Origin: Chitinophagales bacterium
GTDB taxonomy: Bacteria > Bacteroidota > Bacteroidia > Chitinophagales > LD1
Reading direction: 5' to 3'
DNA length: 64,000 nucleotides
NCBI GenBank assembly: GCA_046329515.1
Contig: JAXLUM010000003.1
Location: 9,606-73,605 of the forward strand
Shown: positions 57,391 through 64,000 of the stretch, piece by piece
Numbering within the stretch: position 1 is the first letter of the stretch
Layout of the letters: each line of letters begins with the position of its first letter
The notes under the pieces: generated by a model
What the model was told of the DNA's origin: nothing
The model's database searches: none
Seen by the model: the letters and a program-made list of their open reading frames with translations, nothing else
Translations under genes and position numbers: made by a program

Positions 57391-57476
57391 GTAGCCCCGG
57401 CAGGAATCCCTGCCTGACTGCGTCACGCAGAAAGGAAACCTTGCATCAAAAGTTTAGGAAATACTAGTGCGAGACC
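57391..57476 (-). pseudogene. Degenerate tRNA-Arg(CCU)-derived remnant
   Basis: Minus strand reads GGTCTCG-cactagta-TTTCCTAAACTTT-TGAT-[29-nt hairpin insert]-AGGCAGGGATTCCTGCC-GGGGCT. It parallels the acceptor, anticodon and T arms of the adjacent tRNA but lacks a D arm. Confidence 0.5.
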
Positions 57477-57486
57477 GAGTATTGAG

Positions 57487-57523
57487 AAAAACCAGAGTGA
57501 GAGGCCGCTCTCCCTCTGGTTTT
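57487..57523 (-). terminator. Hairpin terminator immediately 3' of tRNA-Arg
   Basis: aaaaaCCAGAGtGAGAGgccgCTCTCcCTCTGGtttt. Confidence 0.7.
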
Positions 57524-57598
57524 TGGTAGCCCCGAGCAGAATCGAACTGCTATCAAAAGTTTAGGAAACTTCTATTCTATCCGTTGAACTACGGGACC
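57524..57598 (-). tRNA. tRNA-Arg (anticodon CCU), CCA encoded
   Basis: Hand-folded cloverleaf: GGTCCCG TA GTTC AACGGATA GAAT A GAAGT TTCCTAA ACTTT TGAT AGCAG TTCGATT CTGCT CGGGGCT A CCA. 75 nt; the acceptor stem has two G-U pairs. Confidence 0.85.
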
Positions 57599-57760
57599 AT
57601 AAGCTGAATAACAACAACCCCGGTATCCCGCTGCAATAGCGGGAAAGGGACCATAAAGAACGGAGGGCGAAAATAATTTCTTTCGGCAAAATTGCAGAGT
57701 GTGGTTTAATGCACGGCTCCAGCATCTTTTTTGTATTATAGCAGTATCTAAAATCTATCT

Positions 57761-58825
57761 ATGAACAAAAAAATACCTGCAGTTTTAGCGGCTCTGTTGC
57801 TTTCGGCAGCAGCGCTTAATGCGCAAAAGGGCTTTAGCCTTCGCTTAGCCGGCGGTTATGCCTGGCCTGGCTTTCTTAAAACGGAATCTATAATGGGCCC
57901 CAGGGTGGACCCTAAAAACCCTTATAGCGATGCCCTTGTGCCAATGGCCGATATTGAACATCCGAATGACTCCATTAACAGCTACAAATTAACCCGAGGC
58001 AGTTACGGGCAGGGCATGAACTTTACCCTTGGCCTGGGCTACCAGATTAACCGCTACTTTGGGGTGGAGTTGGGTGTTTCGTATCTTAAAAGCGCTACCA
58101 TAGGCTGCAAGCAGAACTACGAATTGATTTATGATGCCGGCGGCGGCTTTTTTGCCCATTCGCCTTATACCATGAGCGTGGATATGAAAACCAACGCCTT
58201 TGGCTTACAGGTGTCGCCCGCTATTTATGTGCAGGCTGCCAAGCCGGGTTGGAAGGTTTACCCTTATGCAAGGGTGGGTGTTAGCCTGCCGGTATATGGC
58301 GGTTTAACCCATACTATTGATATACACATACAGGATGAGGTATTTACCGAAGCGCCTGCTATTGCTACCATATTGGGCAAAAGCCCTTACTTTTTAGGTA
58401 ACAACACCAAGGTTACCCTTAAAACAGAAGGTACGGTATCGCTTGGTGTAAACGGTGCAGTGGGTGTTAAGTATGAGCCGCTACCTTTTATGGGTGTGTT
58501 TGCCGAGGTAAACGGCCAGTACCTGGTAACCCGCGCAAAACGTTCTGACATTACCCAGTGGGATGTTGACGGCGTAAGCAAATTAGATGCACGCGGCCCT
58601 TACCGCACTATGTTTAATTATGTGGATGAGTTAACGCCATCATCAAATAACGGCGATAACAACAAGGATATTAACGGTAAGCCTAAGTTTGACCCTAACA
58701 AAGCTAAGGATGATATACGCCCTACAGGCCCTTTCAGCAATATAGGCATTAACATAGGTGTAAGCTTTGTATTTGGTAAGGAAACCTTAAAGAAGAAAGA
58801 AAAGACTAAGCCGGCTAATCAATAG
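57761..58825 (+). CDS. Outer-membrane beta-barrel protein
   Basis: Signal peptide (MNKKIPAVLAALLLSAAALNAQ). Alternating beta-strand pattern, aromatic-rich strands, Lys-rich tail. Confidence 0.55.
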   Translation: MNKKIPAVLAALLLSAAALNAQKGFSLRLAGGYAWPGFLKTESIMGPRVDPKNPYSDALVPMADIEHPNDSINSYKLTRGSYGQGMNFTLGLGYQINRYFGVELGVSYLKSATIGCKQNYELIYDAGGGFFAHSPYTMSVDMKTNAFGLQVSPAIYVQAAKPGWKVYPYARVGVSLPVYGGLTHTIDIHIQDEVFTEAPAIATILGKSPYFLGNNTKVTLKTEGTVSLGVNGAVGVKYEPLPFMGVFAEVNGQYLVTRAKRSDITQWDVDGVSKLDARGPYRTMFNYVDELTPSSNNGDNNKDINGKPKFDPNKAKDDIRPTGPFSNIGINIGVSFVFGKETLKKKEKTKPANQ

Positions 58826-58838
58826 AACGGCCGCAAAT

Positions 58839-58872
58839 AAAAAAGCCCCGTGAGCAATCGCGGGGCTTTTTT
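58839..58872. terminator. Bidirectional rho-independent terminator
   Basis: aaaaaaGCCCCGtgagcaatCGCGGGGCtttttt lies between convergent genes. Confidence 0.85.
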
Positions 58873-58892
58873 ATTTGTATTAGTTGAAGTGC

Positions 58893-60095
58893 TTATTCAA
58901 ACACTACACGTTTAACAGAGAAGGTAGCATCTTTAGCCATAACCTTAACGAAGTAAATACCTGCAGGCAGGTCGTTTCTTTCAAAGGTAATGTTAGCGCT
59001 GTTAACAGGCTTTTCGCTTATTAAGCGGCCGGTGTTATCAATTAACTGAACAGAAGAATAATCGTTAGTGTTAGTCAGTAACACGTTAACCTGGCCTGTT
59101 GCAGGAATAGGGTATACGTTTACTTCGTTCTCCTTAGCCATATCCTTAATACCTACACCCGAAGTGCAGAAGAAGGTATAGTAAAGGAAGTTGGCAGCCA
59201 TAGTATCAACCTTGGTCATTTTAGCATTGTCTGTACCCCATGGCACGTGTCCATCGCCGGGGAATACAACGCTAAGGTGTGTAACATTATACTGCTGGTA
59301 TAGTGGGTCTAAAGCGCCTAAACCACACAGGCGAACCGGTGTAGCGCCGCTTTGTGCGTTAGCACAGCCGTAAGGCACCACAGCATCAGCATCGCCATGG
59401 AAGTGTACCACAGGCTTGCTGCCCGGGCCAACAAACTCAGGCACGTTTAAGCCACCTGCGCAGCTAACCAATGCACTAACTTCTGAAGAGTAACCATCGT
59501 TACCGCTGTTACCTTCAATACCGCCGTTGTTATTAATAATAGCCTGTAAAGTAGCCGGTGCTTCCGCTACACTGTCAATATAAATGTAGTGTTGAAACAA
59601 AACCGCGCCTGCACTGTTACCGCCCACAAAAATGTGATTAGGGTCAATTTTGTAGGTGTTGGTGGTTGCTGCATCCTTACGGAAGAAACGAACGGCAGAT
59701 TTACCATCGCTGATAGCCATCATAACTTCGTTAATTGCTTTTGATGAATCAAGCATATCAAGGAAGCTGGCCAAACGGTAGTCAATAGAAACTGCTACAT
59801 AACCGCGCTTGGCAAAATTGGTGCACAGGGTAGTAACTACGTTATCGTTGCTTTTGTTGCCTGATACAAAGCTGCCGCCGTGTGCCAGTACAATAAGCGG
59901 ACGCATTGAAGCTGTATCGCCTTGTGGTTCGTAAACATCTAACTTAAGCGTGGTGCTGTTAGATGTGCTGTACGTAATATCAGTAGTAGTGGTAACGTTC
60001 TGGAAAATCATTTCCTTATAACGCTGGCCGCACTGCGCAAATATTTGCGTAGAGAAAAGAAGAAGCATGAAAGCCGTGTAAATTTTGGGTTTCAT
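58893..60095 (-). CDS. Alpha/beta-hydrolase (esterase/lipase) with T9SS type-A CTD
   Basis: HGGSF oxyanion motif (LAHGGSFVSG). GNSAG nucleophile elbow (GGNSAGA). C-terminus VNVYPIPATGQVNV...GIYFVKV...VKRVVFE. Confidence 0.82.
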   Translation of the reverse strand: MKPKIYTAFMLLLFSTQIFAQCGQRYKEMIFQNVTTTTDITYSTSNSTTLKLDVYEPQGDTASMRPLIVLAHGGSFVSGNKSNDNVVTTLCTNFAKRGYVAVSIDYRLASFLDMLDSSKAINEVMMAISDGKSAVRFFRKDAATTNTYKIDPNHIFVGGNSAGAVLFQHYIYIDSVAEAPATLQAIINNNGGIEGNSGNDGYSSEVSALVSCAGGLNVPEFVGPGSKPVVHFHGDADAVVPYGCANAQSGATPVRLCGLGALDPLYQQYNVTHLSVVFPGDGHVPWGTDNAKMTKVDTMAANFLYYTFFCTSGVGIKDMAKENEVNVYPIPATGQVNVLLTNTNDYSSVQLIDNTGRLISEKPVNSANITFERNDLPAGIYFVKVMAKDATFSVKRVVFE

Positions 60096-60141
60096 AGAGG
60101 GTTTTTATTGTGAATTAAATAGTAATCGAATGTAAAATTAT

Positions 60142-62205
60142 TTAACGTATGGTACTGCCATTTTTAGTTAAATCCTTTGGCATAACAAAGTGCAGCTTTC
60201 CGGTTTCGTCCTCAGCCATTAAAATCATGCCACGGCTCTCAATTCCACGAATTTTTCGCGGGGCAAGGTTGGCTACAAGGCTTACCTGCTGGCCCACTAT
60301 TTCTTCGGGTTTAAAGAACTCCGCAATGCCTGATACTACAGTGCGAATTTCATAACCTAAATCAACCGAAAGCTTCAGCAATTTATCAGCCTTCTCTACT
60401 TTTTCGGCACTCAAAATAGTGCCTACGCGCAGGTCAAGCTTGCTGAAATCATCATATGTTATTTCCGGCTTTGGGGCGGCAGTTTCCGTAGTTTGCACAG
60501 CAGGGGTTTTAGGTGCAGCAACAGTGGCGGTTTTAGTAGCCTGCAGCTTCTGCACTTGTTTTTCAATAACGTCGTTCTCTAACTTTTGGTAAAGCAGTTC
60601 TGCCTTGCCTAAAACATGGCCGGGTTTTAATAAGTTCTGACGGCCTGCATCAAACCAGTTAAAGCTGTCACTATCCAAATTCAGCATTTCAAACAGCTTT
60701 TTGGAGGTGAAAGGCAAAAACGGGCGGCATAGGATGGCCAGGTTCGCTATAATCTGTAAACCATCATATAAAGTAATACCGGTATACTCGCGGTTTTCCT
60801 TAATGGTTTTCCACGGCTCTTTATCGCTTAATAGCTGGTTGCCGTGGCGGGCCACATTCATCATTTCCTGCAGTGCCTCGCGGAAGTGGAAGTTTTCCAA
60901 CGCATCGGAAATCTTATCGCGTTGTGCGGTTATAAAGGCTTTAAGGTCTTTGCACTCATCGGCATTAGGCACCTTGTTGTCAAAGTTCTTCTCCGTTAAC
61001 ACCAGCACGCGGTTAACCAGGTTGCCGAAAATGCCCACCAATTCGCTGTTAACGCGGGTTTGGTAATCCTTCCAGGTAAACTCACTGTCCTTGGTTTCGG
61101 GGGCAATAGAGCATAACACATAGCGCAGTTCATCGGCCTTGCCGGCAAAGTCCTGCAGGTATTCGTGCATCTCCACACTCCAGCGGCGGCTGGTGCTCAT
61201 TTTGTCACCTTCCAGGTTCAAAAATTCATTGGCCGGTACGTTATCAGGCACAATGTAGTCGCCATGCATATGCAACATTACCGGGAAGATAATACAGTGA
61301 AAAACGATATTATCTTTTCCTACAAAGTGTATAAGGCGGGTGTCGCTGTCTTTCCAATATAACTCCCAATTATTACCGGTGTCCTTAGCCCATTGTTTGG
61401 TAGCGCTTATGTAGCCAATAGGCGCATCAAACCAAACATACAGCACTTTGCCATCTGCATCAGGTAAAGGCACTTTAATACCCCATTCGCCATCGCGCGT
61501 CATGGCACGTGGTTGAAGGCCGCCTTCAATCCAGCTTTTACATTGGCCGTAAACGTTAGTCTTCCAATCCTTGGCATGGTCGCGCAATAACCAGGTACGT
61601 AACCAGGGTTCGTAATCGTTCAAGGGTAAATACCAATGCTTGGTATCTTTTAAAACTGGGGCTTTGCCACTTAAAGTACTGTGCGGGTTTATTAAATCGC
61701 TTGGCGAAAGCGACTTGCCGCATTTTTCGCATTGGTCGCCATAGGCGCGGTCGTGCCCGCAATTAGGGCAAGTGCCCATAATATAGCGGTCGGCCAAAAA
61801 CACCTTCTTCTCTTCGTCGTAATACTGCTCGCTGGTTATTTCTTTAAACAGGCCTTTATTGTAGAAGTCCAGGAAAAACTCCTGCGAGGTTTCATGATGG
61901 ATAGGCTCGCTGGTGCGGTGGTATATGTCAAACTCAATGCCCAGCTTTTCAAAACTCTCCTTAATTAAAACGTGATACTTATCAATAATGGCCCTTGGGG
62001 TGGTATTCTCCTGCAGGGCTTGTATAGTAATGGCTGTGCCGTGCTCATCGCTGCCGCACACAAACACCACATCGCGTTTATTGGCTTTAAGGTAACGCAC
62101 ATAAATATCCGCAGGCAAATAAGCGCCTGCCAAATGGCCTATATGCTTAGGTCCGTTGGCATAGGGTAATGCTGCGGTAATAGTATATCTCTTCCACTGT
62201 TTCAT
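60142..62205 (-). CDS. metG: Methionine--tRNA ligase
   Basis: HIGH motif ([10 protein letters not shown]), KMSKS-like KMSTSRR, Zn knuckle [19 protein letters not shown]-terminal EMAP/tRNA-binding domain. Confidence 0.96.
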   Translation of the reverse strand: MKQWKRYTITAALPYANGPKHIGHLAGAYLPADIYVRYLKANKRDVVFVCGSDEHGTAITIQALQENTTPRAIIDKYHVLIKESFEKLGIEFDIYHRTSEPIHHETSQEFFLDFYNKGLFKEITSEQYYDEEKKVFLADRYIMGTCPNCGHDRAYGDQCEKCGKSLSPSDLINPHSTLSGKAPVLKDTKHWYLPLNDYEPWLRTWLLRDHAKDWKTNVYGQCKSWIEGGLQPRAMTRDGEWGIKVPLPDADGKVLYVWFDAPIGYISATKQWAKDTGNNWELYWKDSDTRLIHFVGKDNIVFHCIIFPVMLHMHGDYIVPDNVPANEFLNLEGDKMSTSRRWSVEMHEYLQDFAGKADELRYVLCSIAPETKDSEFTWKDYQTRVNSELVGIFGNLVNRVLVLTEKNFDNKVPNADECKDLKAFITAQRDKISDALENFHFREALQEMMNVARHGNQLLSDKEPWKTIKENREYTGITLYDGLQIIANLAILCRPFLPFTSKKLFEMLNLDSDSFNWFDAGRQNLLKPGHVLGKAELLYQKLENDVIEKQVQKLQATKTATVAAPKTPAVQTTETAAPKPEITYDDFSKLDLRVGTILSAEKVEKADKLLKLSVDLGYEIRTVVSGIAEFFKPEEIVGQQVSLVANLAPRKIRGIESRGMILMAEDETGKLHFVMPKDLTKNGSTIR

Positions 62206-62352
62206 AAAGTAGCGAATATAATAAGGTTGGGGGAATGGGGAGTTTGGAGTGCGGAGTTTAGAATGCAGAGTCGGGAATGATATCCTTTGTATATCTACAG
62301 TTAACGGAATGTAAGCGTATTGATACTAAAGCACAAACACTATTTTAGCCCC

Positions 62353-63249
62353 ATGCTATTACGTCCACCGGCCTTAAAGCAAGGCGATACCGTTTACATA
62401 TTAAGCACGGCCCGCAAGGTAACTATGCAGGAAATTGAACCTGCCATTGCTGTACTGCAAGGCTGGGGCTTAAAGGCTGTTATTGGCAAAACCATTGGTA
62501 AGGAATTCCGCCAGTTTGCCGGAACCGATGAGGAGCGCCGGGAGGATTTTCAACTGGCACTGGATGATGCTAATGTACGCGCCATACTATGCGCCCGCGG
62601 TGGTTACGGCACCGTGCGCATGATGGACGACCTTAACTACGATGCCTTTATGAAGAACCCTAAATGGGTGGTGGGTTTTAGTGATATTACTTTTTTGCAT
62701 ATACACATAAGCAATACTATAGGCATACAAACCTTGCAGGGTATAATGCCTTTTAGCTTTCATAAAAGCACACCCCTTGCAGCCGAAACCTTACGCAAAG
62801 AACTGTTTGGGGAGAAGAACGAATACGTTATTGAACCTAACCCTTTAAACCGCCTGGGCACAGCAAGGGGTATTTTAACGGGGGGCAACCTTTCTATCCT
62901 TTACAGTATTACAGGCACTAAAAGCGGCATCAATACTTCCGGCAAAATTCTTTTTCTGGAAGATTTGGATGAATACCTGTACCATGTTGACCGCATGATG
63001 CAGAACCTGAAACGCAGCGGTAAACTGCACGACCTGGCGGGTATTGTTGTGGGTGGCTTTACGGAAATGAAGGATAACAAAGTGCCTTTTGGTATTACGG
63101 CTTACGAAATAATTGCCGAGAACGTGGCAAAATATAACTACCCCGTGTGCTATGGTTTCCCTGCCGGGCATGTAGAAGATAACCGCGCCCTGGTTATTGG
63201 CCGCACTTATACGTTGGAAGTAGGAGAGAAGGAAGTGAGGTTGGGGTAA
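62353..63249 (+). CDS. LD-carboxypeptidase (peptidase S66)
   Basis: GFSDITFLH nucleophile motif. C-terminal GFPAGH. The ATG at 62353 is preferred. Confidence 0.85.
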   Translation: MLLRPPALKQGDTVYILSTARKVTMQEIEPAIAVLQGWGLKAVIGKTIGKEFRQFAGTDEERREDFQLALDDANVRAILCARGGYGTVRMMDDLNYDAFMKNPKWVVGFSDITFLHIHISNTIGIQTLQGIMPFSFHKSTPLAAETLRKELFGEKNEYVIEPNPLNRLGTARGILTGGNLSILYSITGTKSGINTSGKILFLEDLDEYLYHVDRMMQNLKRSGKLHDLAGIVVGGFTEMKDNKVPFGITAYEIIAENVAKYNYPVCYGFPAGHVEDNRALVIGRTYTLEVGEKEVRLG

Positions 63250-63261
63250 CCAAGCTAGTGT

Positions 63262-63900
63262 TTAGCTGTGTTTTGGGTGAATGAGCTGATATACATTCCC
63301 TTCTAAACTTTGTTTCAGGGGTTCACTGATTTGGTAGGTGCCATCAGACCGAATTATTATTTCGCGATTCTCTAATGCATCTAAAATTTCAACAGCAAAA
63401 GGCTTTAATTGTTGGTGGTAGTAATCCAGTCCTTTAAGGCACTTTTCATATTCCAATTTCCAATTCTCACCATAATTTGCCTTTAAGTAACCTTCATCCA
63501 TCCAATAGAAATAATTCAACCCCAGGCTGCCTAAAAATCTGAACTGAAATATTCTCAGGCCATCATCTTTGGGTTGTCCGCAGTAGAGCTGGTATAATTT
63601 GTTTAAATAAACAGGAAGGTTTGGCGGATCAGCAATCAGGTTATTGAGTGTGGTTTTTATCTTCCACGTTTCATACTCTGCCACATCAATTACTTGTTCG
63701 TTTAGGAATTTTACTAAGTTTTGGTGAGCGTATTTGTCCTTAAAATCGAAAGCTAGTAGCTGTGAAAATATTTCAGAAGGAAGTTCATCTTCCAAAGTGT
63801 TTTGGGTAGAGATGGTTTTTTCAAAATCAGTAATGCTGATATCGCCATTAAGAAACGGGAAGAATATTTCTTTGCTATGGTTGGAAAGATTGGTTTTCAT
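63262..63900 (-). CDS. Hypothetical protein (212 aa, A+T-rich)
   Basis: ORF only, acidic and helical. It starts 6 nt after the stop of an upstream partial gene. Confidence 0.5.
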   Translation of the reverse strand: MKTNLSNHSKEIFFPFLNGDISITDFEKTISTQNTLEDELPSEIFSQLLAFDFKDKYAHQNLVKFLNEQVIDVAEYETWKIKTTLNNLIADPPNLPVYLNKLYQLYCGQPKDDGLRIFQFRFLGSLGLNYFYWMDEGYLKANYGENWKLEYEKCLKGLDYYHQQLKPFAVEILDALENREIIIRSDGTYQISEPLKQSLEGNVYQLIHPKHS

Positions 63901-63906
63901 TAGGTG

Positions 63907-64000
63907 TTACCTCCCTGCAAACTTCTGCACCAGCTTTAATGGGCGCGGTAAATCAACCTTAAAGGTAAAGGTGAATTTTTTATACCATTTGTCTATACCG
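63907..64000 (-). CDS. C-terminal 31 codons of an unidentified gene running off the window end
   Basis: Own translation: ...GIDKWYKKFTFTFKVDLPRPLKLVQKFAGR*. Open to the window edge. Confidence 0.3.
   Translation of the reverse strand, partial: GIDKWYKKFTFTFKVDLPRPLKLVQKFAGR

Noticed and set aside
53210-57523. Looked for an integrase, transposase or antitoxin ORF within the islet
   Set aside because: None was found. Only short antisense ORFs (61-120 aa) overlap the giant gene. The islet is therefore not called a complete mobile element.

Overview
The window looks like a Bacteroidota chromosome segment, probably Sphingobacteriia- or Chitinophagia-like. The evidence is six predicted T9SS substrates with C-terminal sorting domains, TAnnTTTG-type -7 promoter boxes, and a LytTR two-component pair.

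Order of content:
- A partial pnuC and an ALDH7-type aldehyde dehydrogenase.
- A glycan-modification cluster: Wzx flippase, AsnB-type amidotransferase, two SAM methyltransferases and a GT4.
- An isolated six-gene ribosomal protein block (rpsC-rplP-rpmC-rpsQ-rplN-rplX). It lacks its usual neighbours on both sides.
- An A+T-rich, repeat-laden segment of about 3 kb.
- PEBP, CsbD-like, GH1 and SDR genes, and a diheme cytochrome lipoprotein.
- A 3074-aa T9SS adhesin with three tandem 813-bp modules, a second T9SS protein, and a TPR histidine kinase with a LytTR regulator.
- A block of small accessory genes: DinB, RibD_C-like, DUF2200, DUF1801 (x2) and a SET-domain protein.
- folE, an ABC-2 exporter and a LolA-like protein.
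- tRNA-Arg(CCU), an OMP, a T9SS esterase, metG and an LD-carboxypeptidase.

Two items stand out:
1. An ORF-track-invisible 41-codon gene encodes a peptide with 12 Cys arranged as a duplicated CxCxxCxCxxCxC pattern, which is metallothionein-like. It has its own -7 box and terminator. It lies directly downstream of an AraC regulator that carries an N-terminal MxCxxC (HMA-like) domain.
2. A roughly 4.2-kb A+T-rich islet sits next to tRNA-Arg. It is bounded by imperfect direct repeats related to a tRNA-derived remnant. It carries a single 1287-aa ORF with an N-terminal PIN-like nuclease domain and about 1080 aa with no motif I can recognise. This is a candidate single-gene defence or toxin module.

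All functional calls rest on motif recognition by eye. No database search was run.
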